Shown piece after piece: positions 48,519 through 59,650 of a DNA stretch of 64,000 nucleotides. Positions within the stretch are counted from its first letter, which is position 1; each line of letters begins with the position of its first letter. The notes under the pieces were generated by a model, which was not told the origin of the DNA, ran no database searches, and worked only from the letters and a program-made list of their open reading frames with translations. The stretch comes from Mustelus asterias. Its lineage: Eukaryota. Made by a program: the position numbers and the translations under genes. The stretch spans positions 35,030,001 through 35,094,000 of the forward strand of contig NC_135808.1 of assembly GCF_964213995.1 (NCBI RefSeq). The letters run 5' to 3'.

Positions 48519-51343
48519 AGTGACACCTGTGATGGGTTTATCCCAGACTTAAAGGGAGGTTTTTTTTTGTTTGTTTATTCATAGGATGTGCAGATCTCTA
48601 ATTGTCCTTGAACTGAGTAATTTGTTCAGCCATTTCGGGCGCATTTCAGAGTTAACCACAGTACTGTGGATCTGGAGTCCATAAGATCAAAAGACATAGG
48701 AACAGAAGTGGGCCATTTAGCCTATCGAGTCTGCTCTGTCATTCAATATCACATGTAGCCCAGACCATGTAAGGACAGCAGTTTACCTAAAGGGCATTCG
48801 TGAAACAGATGGGATTTTTTTGACAATCGTCGACTTTTAATTCCAGATATTTATGGAATTCAAATTTCACCATCTGCTCTTTCAAGTCGTTTAAAACTCC
48901 TCAGAATGTTTGTACCAGAGAATGTTTGACATTAAATGTAGCATCTCCTCCTGATCTAAACAAAATTGATCTATGTTGTACTTTACAGAACAGATCAAAT
49001 GTGACACTATAGGATCTTTCTAGATGTTATGAATAAAGTACATTTTGAAAGAGGTGTTCCATAGTCATGTGGTGGGAGGACATTTCTCTGAATATTAAAA
49101 AAAAGACACTTGCATTTATGTAGCATAGCATGACCAGCAGGACATCTCAAAGTGCTTAGCAGCCAATGATGTACTTTAGAAATGTGGTCATAAAATACTT
49201 CTCCTCTTTCTGATTTGGATGTGTCAGCATCACCGACTAATACTAGGATTTTGTCAAGTTTGAATTGCAGAGCAGCTGCATCTGACAAGTGGCATGAGCC
49301 AAAAGGTCTCACAATGGCATGTATGCCCGCATAACCATCCTCATACAAACACTAATTGTGTTTCCCTATAGAGTGGCTCATCCTTTGAGGAACCCAAGAA
49401 ACATTTTCAGATTGAATCAGACCATTGGCAGCAATTCCAGTTCACCACAAACATTTGCGAGTTATATTAGAAACTTGGCTGTGGCTAAAATAATATGCAT
49501 CCGGATAAATGCACTGGGGAGATTGTGAGGTGCAGTGGATAGCGTCCCTGACCCTGAGCCAGAAGCTCTGGGTTCGAGTCCCACCCCAGGACTTGATGAA
49601 GGTGTGGTTATAATGTGGCCAAACTGGCTGAGAGTAAACCCACAAATCCTTCCAATAGGTACAGCAAGCAGTTATGAAAGCAACTGGTATGTGATCAGTT
49701 CAGCAAGCATCCAATTCAGTTTCTGAATGGATGTGAATTCTTGGCTGGAATTCTCTGACCTCACTTGCAACTGGGACTCCCTGGTCCCGCTGCAGTGAAT
49801 GGAGATTTGGCTGAGTACCAAATGTTCTGTTCTCACTGAGAGCGGTAACGGGGCAGGACAGGAGAATTCTGGCCCGTCTCTTTTTGATTTGGAACAATAA
49901 GTAGCCATAACTATATTTATCAATCTCTTACAGGCAATAATGGTCCAAATATTATAAAATTGTATCACATTAACTAATTAAAACCCATTAAAGAAGAAAT
50001 ACAGATGGAACTTGTTTCTCAGAGTATTCATTGTTCTGGACTGTGTATCTATCTGGAGGGAGCTACCTCCTGCTACAGAGAGATAGATAAAACAAACATT
50101 CCCCATCCTCGATGATGGAGGAACCCAGCACATCAGTGTAAGGCATTTACAACCATCTTCAGCTAGAAGTGTTAAGTGGATGATCCACCTTGGCTTCCTC
50201 CTGAGGTTCCAAGCAGCACAGATGCCAATTTCACATGATATCAAGAAATAGCTGAAGGCACAGGATACTGCAAAATCTAAGGGGCCTGACAATATTCCAG
50301 CAATAGTACTGAAGACTTGTGCTCCAAAACTAGACATGTCCCTAGCCAGGCTGTTCCAGTAGGAGTAGGACCTATCAAATGTGATGGTGGGAAAGTCTGT
50401 ATAGAATCGGTAGAAATAGCAGAGGTACTCAATGAATACTTTACTTCAGTATTCACAGTGGAAAAGGATCTTGGTAGTTGCAGTGCAGACTCGCAGTGGA
50501 CTGAGAAGATTGAGCATGTGGACATTAGGAAAGAGGATGTGTTGGGGCTTTTGAAAAGCATCAAGTTAGATAAATCATCGGGACCGGATGGGATGTACCC
50601 CAGGTTACTGTGGGAGGCGAGGGAAGAGATTGCTGAGCCTCTGGCAATGGTCGTTGCGTCATCAATGGAGACGGGAGAGGTTCCGGAGGATTGGAGGATT
50701 GCGGATGTGGTTCCGTTATTCAAGAAAGGGAGAAGAGATACCCTGGGAAACTATAGACCAGTGAGTCTAACTTCAGTGGTTGGTAAGTTGATGGAGAAGA
50801 TCCTGAGAGGCAGGATTTATGAACACCTGGAGAGGAATAGTATGATCAGAAAGAGCCAGCATGGCTTTGTCCAAGGCAGATCTTACGAGCCTAATTGAAT
50901 TTTTTGAAGATGTGACTAGACACATAGACGAGGGAAGAGCAGTAGATGTAGTTTATACGGATTTCAGCAAGACGGTTGATAAGGTGCCCCATGCAAGGCT
51001 TATTGAGAAAGTGAAGGGGCATGGGATACAAGGGGACGTTGCCTTGTGGATTCAGAACTGGCTTGCCCACAGAAGGCAAAGAGTGGTTGTAGATGGGTCT
51101 TTTTCAGCATGGAGGTTGGTCACCAGTGGAGTGCCCCAGGGATCTGTTCTGGGACCCTTGCTCTTTGTGATTTTTATAAATGACCTGGATGAGGAAGTGG
51201 AAGGATGGGTTGGCAAGTTTGCCGATGACACAAAGGTTGGTGGTGTTGTGGATAGTGTAGAGGGATGTCAGCAGTTGCAACGAGACATAGATAAGATGCA
51301 AGACTAGGCAGAGAAGTGGCAGATGGACTTCAACCCAGATAAG

Positions 51344-54300
51344 AACAAAGAACAAAGAACAATACAGCACAGGAACAGGCCCTTCGGCCCTCCAAGCCCG
51401 CGCCGCTCCCTGGTCCAAACTAGACCATTCTTTTGTATCCCTCCATTCCCACTCCGTTTATATGGCTGTCTAGATAAGTCTTAAATGTTCCCAGTGTGTC
51501 CGCCTCCACCACCTTGCCTGGCAGCGCATTCCAGGCCCCCACCACCCTCTGTGTAAAATATGTCCTTCTGATATCTGTGTTAAACCTCCCCCCCTTCACC
51601 TTGAACCTATGACCCCTTGTGAACGTCACCACCGACCTGGGGAAAAGCTTCCCACCGTTCACCCTATCTATGCCTTTCATAATTTTATACACCTCTATTA
51701 AGTCTCCCCTCATCCTCCGTCTTTCCAGGGAGAACAACCCCAGTTTACCCAATCTCTCCTCATAACTAAGCCCCTCCATACCAGGTAACATCCTGGTAAA
51801 CCTCCTCTGTACTCTCTCCAAAGCCTCCACGTCCTTCTGGTAGTGTGGCGACCAGAACTGGACGCAGTATTCCAGATGCGGCCGAACCAACGTTCTATAC
51901 ATTTGCAACATCAGACCCCAACTTTTATACTCTATGCCCCGTCCTATAAAGGCAAGCATGCCATATGCCTTCTTCACCACCTTCTCCACCTGTGACGCCA
52001 CCTTCAAGGATCTGTGGACTTGCACACCCAGGTCCCTCTGCGTATCTACACCCTTTATGGTTCTTCCATTTATCGTATAGCTCCTCCCTACATTATTTCT
52101 ACCAAAATGCATCACTTTGCATTTATCAGGATTGAACTCCATCTGCCATTTCTTTGCCCAAATTTCCAGCCTATCTATATCCTTCTGTAGCTTCTGACAA
52201 TGCTCCTCACTATCTGCAAGTCCTGCCAATTTTGTGTCGTCCGCAAACTTACTGATCACCCCAGTTACACCTTCTTCCAGATCATTTATATAAATCACAA
52301 ACAGCAGAGGTCCCAATACAGAGCCCTGCGGAACACCACTAGTCACAGGCCTCCAGCTGGAAAAAGACCCTTCCACTACCACCCTCTGTCTTCTGTGACC
52401 AAGATGTGGAGATGCCGGCGTTGGACTGGGGTAAACACAGTAAGAAGTTTAACAACACCAGGTTAAAGTCCAACAGGTTTATTTGGTAGCAAAAGCCACA
52501 CAAGCTTTCGGAGCTCTAAGCCCCTTCTTCAGGTGAGTGCTCTCCACTCACCACTCACCTGAAGAAGGGGCTTAGAGTTCCGAAAGCTTGTGTGGCTTTT
52601 GCTACCAAATAAACCTGTTGGACTTTAACCTGGTGTTGTTAAACTTCTTATTCTGTGACCAAGCCAGTTCTCCACCCATCTAGCCACCTCCCCCTTTATC
52701 CCATGAGATCCAACCTTTTTCACCAGCCGACCATGAGGGACTTTGTCAAACGCTTTACTAAAGTCCATATAGACGACATCCACGGCCCTTCCCTCGTCAA
52801 CCATTTTGGTCACTTCTTCAAAAAACTCCACCAGGTTAGTGAGGCATGACCTCCCTCTCACAAAACCATGCTGACTATCGTTAATGAGTTTATTCCTTTC
52901 TAAATGCGCATATATCCTATCTCTAAGAATCTTCTCCAACAACTTCCCCACCACGGACGTCAAGCTCACCGGCCTATAATTACCCGGGTTATCCTTCCTA
53001 CCTTTCTTAAATAACGGGACCACATTAGCTATCCTCCAATCCTCTGGGACCTCACCTGCATCCAGTGACGAGACAAAGATTTGCGTCAGAGGCCCAGCAA
53101 TTTCATCTCTCGTCTCCCTGAGCAGCCTTGGATAGATTCCATCAGGCCCTGGGGATTTGTCAGTCTTTAAATTCTCTAACAAACCTAACACTTCCTCCTT
53201 TGTAATGGAGATTTTCTCCAACGGTTCAATACTCCCCTCCAAGATACTCCCAGTCAACACATCCCTCTCCTTTGTGAATACCGACGCAAAGTATTCATTT
53301 AGGATCTCCCCTACTTCTTTGGGCTCCAAGCATAATTCCCCACTTTTGTCCCTGAGAAGTCCGATTTTTTCCCTGACAACCCTTTTGTTCCTAACGTATG
53401 AATAAAATGCCTTGGGATTCTCCTTAATCCTGTCTGCCAAGAACATTTTGTGACCCCTTTTTGCTCTTCTAATTCCCCGTTTGAGTTCTTTCCTACTTTC
53501 TTTGTACTCCTCCAGAGCTCCCTCCGTTTTTAGCTGCCTGGACCTACCATACGCCTCTCTTTTCTTTTTGACCAGTCCCTCAATTTCCCTGGTTATCCAC
53601 GGTTCTCGAATCCTACCCTTCCTATCCTTCTTTTTAACAGGCACATGCCTGTCCTGTAGCCCTAACAACTGTTCCTTAAAAGACTCCCACATGCCAGATG
53701 TGGATTTACCTTCAAACAGCCTCTCCCAATCAAGAGCTGCCAATTTCTGCCTAATCCCACTAAAGTTAGCCTTCCCCCAATCCAACACCTTACCCTTGGG
53801 ACACCACTCATCCTTTTCCATCACTATCCTAAAGCTAACAGAATTGTGGTCACTATTTGCCACATGTTCCCCTACCGAAACTTTGAAGACCTGACCGGGC
53901 TCATTCCCCAGTACGAGGTCCAGTATAGCCCCCTCTCTAGTCGGGCTATCTACATATTGTTCCAAAGAACCCTCCTGTACGCATTTTACAAATTCCTCCC
54001 CATTCAGAGTCCCTGCTCTCAGCGATTTCCAGTCTATACCAGGGAAATTGAAGTCTCCCACTACAACAACCCTATTTTTCCTGCACCTATCCAGTATCTC
54101 CTGACATATCCGTTCTTCCACTTCCCTTGGGCTGTTGGGGGGCCTGTAGTACACCCCCAACATAGTGACTGCGCCCTTCCTGTTTCTAAGCTCCACCCAG
54201 AGTGACTCGTTACACGACCCCTCTGAATTGTCCTCCCTCTGCACCGCTGTAATATGCTCTCCAACTAATACTGCTACTCCCCCACCTCTTTTGGCCCCTC

Positions 54301-54790
54301 CTCTGTCTCGCCTAAAACACTTGTACCCCGGAATATTCAGCTGCCTGTCCCTCTTTCAACCAAGTCTCTGTCACCGCAACCACATCCAAATTCCTCGTGA
54401 GCATTAAGGCCCTAAGTTCATCTGTCTTTCCTGCTACGCTCCTTGCATTGAAGTATAAGCACTCCAGACCTCCAGGCCCAGTGAGGTCATCCTCCCCCAG
54501 AGTGCTCTTCTTCTTTGCCAGCCTTGTCCCAGCCCCAAGCTCGTCCCCAGCCTCTACACTTGTAGACCTAATATTTTGATCCCCTCCCCCCTGCCATACT
54601 AGTTTAAATCCCCCCGAACTGCATTAGCAAAACTCCCAGCCAGGATATTCGTGCCCTTCCAACTTAGTTGTGACCCGGCCTTCTTGTACAGGTGCCATCC
54701 TCTCCTGAAAACTTCCCATTGATCTAGGAAAATGAAGCCCTCCCTCCTGGACCAGTCCTTTAGCCAAGCATTCAATTTTACTAACTCCCT
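51344..54790 (-). mobile_element. CR1 element D: ORF1 C-terminus plus nearly complete ORF2
   Basis: ORFs 52625-54244 and 51420-52382. TSD ATAAG at 51339-51343 and 54791-54795. (TTGTTCT)n tail. Confidence 0.92.
52404..52650. mobile_element. Penelope-derived inverted pseudo-LTR hairpin element with hammerhead ribozyme core
   Basis: 99-bp arms 52441-52539 and 52552-52650 (1 mismatch), each with CTGAAGA-stem-GAAAGCTT. 13-bp TSD TTCTGTGACCAAG at 52391-52403 and 52651-52663. Confidence 0.88.
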
Positions 54791-55363
54791 ATAAGTGTGT
54801 GGTGGTTCATTTTGGCAAGTCGAATAGGATGAAAGAATATAATATTAAGGGTAAGATGCTTGGCAGTGTGGAAGATCAGAAGGATCTTGGGGTCCGGGTT
54901 CATAGGATGCTCAAAGCAGCGTCGCAGGTAGAGGCTGTGGTTAAGAAGGCATATGGAATACTGGCCTTCATCAATAGAGCAATTGAGTTTAGAAATCAGG
55001 AGATAATGCTGCAGCTGTATAGGACCCTGGTCAGACCCCACCTAGAGTACTGTGCCCAGTTCTGGTCGCCTCATTACAGAAAGGATGTGGAAGCCATAGA
55101 AAGGGTGCAGAGGAGATTTACAAGGATGTTGCCTGGATTAGGTGGCATGCCTTATGAGGATAGGTTGAAAGAGCTAGGTCTTTTCTCCTTGGAGAAGCGA
55201 AGGATGAGAGGTGACCTGATAGAGGTGTATAAGGTGTTGAGAGGTATTGATGGAGTGGATTCTCAGAGGCTTTTACCCAGGGCTGAAATGGTTGCCACAG
55301 GAGGTCACAGGTTTAGGGTGCTGGGGAGTAGGTACAGAGGAGATGTTTGGGGTAAATTTTTCA

Positions 55364-56127
55364 AAGAACAAAGAACAATACAGCACAGGAAACAGGCCCT
55401 TTGGCCCTCCAAGCCTGTGCCGCTCCTTGGTCCAACTAGACCAATCGTTTGTATCCCTCCATTCCCAGGCTGCTCATGTGACTATCCAGGTAAGTCTTAA
55501 ACGATGTCAGCATGCCTGCCTCCACCACCCTACTTGGCAGCGCATTCCAGGCCCCCACCACCCTCTGTGTAAAAAACGTCCCTCTGATATCTGAGTTATA
55601 CTTCGCCCCTCTCACCTTGAGCCCGTGACCCCTCGTGATCGTCACCTCCGACCTGGGAAAAAGCTTCCCACTGTTCACCCTATCTATACCCTTCATAATC
55701 TTGTACACCTCTATTAGATCTCCCCTCATTCTCCGTCTTTCCAAGGAGAACAACCCCAGTCTACCCAATCTCTCCTCATAGCTAAGACCCTCCATACCAG
55801 GCAACATCCTGGTAAACCTTCTCTGCACTCTCTCTAACGCCTCCACGTCCTTCTGGTAGTGCGGCTACCAGAACTGGACGCAGTACTCCAAATGTGGCCT
55901 AACCAGCGTTCTATACAGCTGCATCATCAGACTCCAGCTTTTATACTCTATACCCCGTCCTATAAAGGCAAGCATACCATATGCCTTCTTCACCACCTTC
56001 TCCACCTGTGTTGCCACCTTCAAGGATTTGTGGACTTGCACACCTAGGTCCCTCTGTGTTTCTATACTCCTGATGACTCTGCCATTTATTGTATAACTCC
56101 TCCCTACATTATTTCTTCCAAAATGCA
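55364..56127 (-). mobile_element. CR1 element E, 5'-truncated, nested in element C
   Basis: RT C-terminal ORFs 55436-55846 and 55865-56131. Tail as in element D. Short TCA duplication/microhomology at the junctions. Confidence 0.88.
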
Positions 56128-57866
56128 TCACTCAGAAGGTGGTGGGTGCGTGAAATTGGCTGCCGGCAGTGGTGGTGGAGGCGGATTCGATAGGGTCTTT
56201 TAAGAGACTTTTGGATAAGTACATAGAAGTTAGTAAGATAGAGGGTTATAGGTAAGCCTAGTAGGTAGGGACATGTTCGGCGCAACTTGTTGGCCGAAGG
56301 GCCTGTTTGTGCTGTAGCTTTTCTATGTTCTATGTTCTAGTACAGGTACAGCACTGGCATTTACCCAGGATATGGAGGAATGTGAAAAATTGCCCAGGTA
56401 TGTCCTATCCACAAAAAGCAGGACAAATCCAACTCAGCCAATTGCCTCCCCTTTGCAGTTTTCTGAAAAATCTGTTACTTTATTTTTTGGTTGCCCTTCA
56501 GTCGCATGCTCCTGATCTTCAGGCAGCTGGTGCGGAGAAGGATTCAGGGAGAGAGGGGAACCTCCTCATGGACTTGCTCTGGGGCCAAGCCAGCTGGCCA
56601 TTCATAGGTCCAGGCAATGGATAGTCATAGGGGTCATCCATTCCAACTATCTGCCCCTCTCCCTGGAAAGGGAGCATGCAGTGTCTGCTCGCACCATCAA
56701 GACCTTCCGTGTCGTGTCTTATTGACTCCTTCATTTTATTTTGATGTTTTAAGTTTTTTTTGAGATTCTGTTTTTATTTTGATGCAGTATCTCTTTAAGG
56801 GGCTGCCTTTTAATTTATCCCTCAATTTGTTGCTTTAGTTCATTTGTTTACCTAAGAAAAGCACAGCAATAACATGATGCTCGGTTTGGGCTCCACTAGG
56901 GTCACTCAGCTCCTGACCTCATTGCAGCCTTTGTTCAAACATGGACAAAAGAGCAGAATTCCAGAGATCAGAGTGACTACTCTTGGTACCAAGGCAGTGT
57001 TTGACCGAGCACGGCCTCAAGGAGCCCCAGCAAAACTGGAGTCAATCGGCATCAGGGGGGAAACACCCTCTGCTGGCTGGAGTCATACCTGGCACAAAAG
57101 AAGATAGTTGTGGTGGTTGGAGTTCCTCAGAGTCGTGTCCTAGACCCAACCATTTGCAGCTGCTTCATCAATGACCTTCCTTCCATCACAAGGTCAGAAG
57201 TGGGGAATGTTCACTGATGATTGCACAACGTTTACGAGACAGACTACAAGGCTTCATGAAGGCAGCTCACCATCAGCTTTCCAAGCACAGCTGGACCCTA
57301 TCCAGCACAGCTGGGGCTGGGTAACAAATGCTTGCGTTGCCATCAATGCCCACATTCCATGAAGAAATCAATAAGTAATCCTTGTCAAAGCCCATGGATA
57401 AGTGTTTATTATTCTGAATTGTGCTCATAGAATTGCATTGATTTAATTAATAATTATGGTATCTTATTTAAAACATTTATTGAAACATCAGGTCAAAAGA
57501 GCATCAAGGTGTGGGCTGTAAGGGGATGGAATAAACTTTCACTTCTCTATAATTATCAAGTATTTAGCTATTCAATATCTGCAGGGATCAATTGCAATAT
57601 GCAAATTATCTCGAGATCTGAAAGGGCATGTTTAACATAGACCCACATTTGGCAAGCACAACTGTTTAATTCAAGGACAGATGCATCCTGTAATGAACAA
57701 CTGCGTACTGAATAGCAAAGCAGATTTTTTTAAAAAGGTGTGAAACTTTTAGATGTTGATTTTCAAAGGTGTACTTGTACAAGGAAAACAAAGTTAGCTT
57801 GCAGGTAAGGTGAATAATTCAGAAAAGAAATGGCATGTTGGTCTTTATTGCAAAGGAATCTGACGA

Positions 57867-59023
57867 CAAGAATAAGTGGTTTCCACTGACACAAACCAAT
57901 GCAAGGTTTCTCCCAACATGCAGGTAACATCATCTCCACTTTCCAGGCAAATACTGTCCCTTTAACCCGTCTTCAGTTTATCCTACAACCCAAACACAGT
58001 CATTACTTTGAAATGTCAACTGATATGTAAAGTTAGGGTGGCACAGTGGTTAGCACTGCTGCCTCACAATGCCAAGAGGCTGTAATGTCCAGTCACTGAA
58101 TATATTCAAGATGGAGATTGATGGATTTTTGGCTGTAAAGGGAATAAGGGATATGGGCATAGTGTGGAAGGTGGGATTGAGGTAAAAGATTAGCCCTGAT
58201 TGTATGAATGGGGCAGCAGGAATAGAGGCTGAATGGCCTACTCCTCTTATTTCTTCTGTTCGTTGTGTTCGCTGGGTGATTACACAGGTTATTACATTCT
58301 TGAACAGGAAGTCATTATAACCGGCATGGTCAATTTAATAAAACAGTTTGAGGAGATCATTAACATGCCTGGAATTGGAGGAAGCCTTGTGACACGGGTT
58401 GATGAGTTGTTTGTGAGATCAGAAACAGAGAGTCGGGATAAGGAGAATGTTCTTTCATTTTCAGGATGTGCCCAGTAGTGTTTCTTTGGGATGTGTACTG
58501 GAGACTCAGCTTTTCATTATATAACAAGAGATTCAACCTCCTTAGTAAACCACGGTTCCCTCACACCACTGCTAACCACTGTGCCACCCTAACTTTACAT
58601 ATCAGTTGACATTTCAAAGTAGTGACTGTGTTTGGGTTGTAGGATAAACTGAAGACAGGAGTTAAAGGGACAGTATTTGCCTGGAAAGTGGAGATGATGT
58701 TACCTGCATGTTGGGAGAAACCTTGCATTGGTTTGTGTCAGTGGAAACCACTTATTCTTGTGGATAATGGGTCCATGCTGGATAGGGTCTCTGGAGGTTT
58801 GTCTACATGGACTTCCAAAGGCATTTGACAATGTCCTGCACAGGAGATTATTCACCAAGATGAACGTGCCTGGAATTGGAGGAAGCCTTGTGACACGGGT
58901 TGATGAGTTGTTTGTGAGATCAGAAACAGAGAGTCGGGATAAGGAGAATGTTCTTTCATTTTCAGGATGTGCCCAGTAGTGTTTCCTTGGGATGTGTACT
59001 GGAGACTCAGCTTTTCATTATAT
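57867..59023. repeat. Interleaved inverted (57867-58055 / 58570-58760) and direct (58366-58521 / 58867-59023) duplications
   Basis: Direct sequence comparison; both pairs are nearly identical. Confidence 0.9.
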
Positions 59024-59129
59024 TGATCAGTGACTTTGGTGAACAAATAGTCTGAGGTTGTTTACTGATGATACTAAGTGAAGTGACACAGTTGTTAATG
59101 TGGATGGGAGTGGAAAAAGGACAGATGAA

Positions 59130-59650
59130 GTGACAAATCAGGTAGTCTGATTTAAGCTAAAAAGTGAATTTACTATGAGTTATAAATCTACACATTGAGA
59201 GAACAGCAGAAAAACATTACATTACAACAAACTTTGAATCAACCAAAATAACAAGTATTCAAAGTATTTGAAAATTATTCAAGATCTTTCCCAGAACATG
59301 AAATGAATCTTGGAAGAGTGTAAGGTGAACATATCACACCATTATTACATCAAGGTATGATGGGCTGAGGGAACTCAGGTCTCTATAGACTTACCACCAC
59401 TCCCACACCATACTCAGGATAGTAATCCTCCCACACAGGAGAGTACAACCATTACCCATGGTTAGTCAAACATCCAATGCCTGGAGAGGGTCTGTATAAA
59501 TTCACATCACCAACACAGGGTCTGATTCTATCCCATACCCACTCTGGAGAGCTGGCTTACTTTGCTAACACACGCACATCAGGGGAAACTCTCTCAGAAT
59601 CCTACAGACAGAGTTTCTTTAAAATCCCTGTGCTTTAGTCTGGCTCCCAA
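59130..59650 (-). repeat. ZNF 3' flank Y module downstream of ZNF C
   Basis: Paralogue of 13340-13862 and 21880-22287. Confidence 0.85.

Larger units (their letters stand above)
50362..56338 (+). mobile_element. CR1 element C (pieces 50362-51343, 54791-55363, 56128-56338) hosting two further CR1s
   Basis: RT frame is continuous after removing the inserts. TSD AGTA at 50358-50361 and 56339-56342 in an older LINE. (ATGTTCT)n tail. Confidence 0.88.

Noticed and set aside
49527-49600. tRNA-like sequence with A/B boxes
   Set aside because: The acceptor stem is imperfect and the sequence continues into repeat-like DNA; probably a SINE head rather than a tRNA gene.
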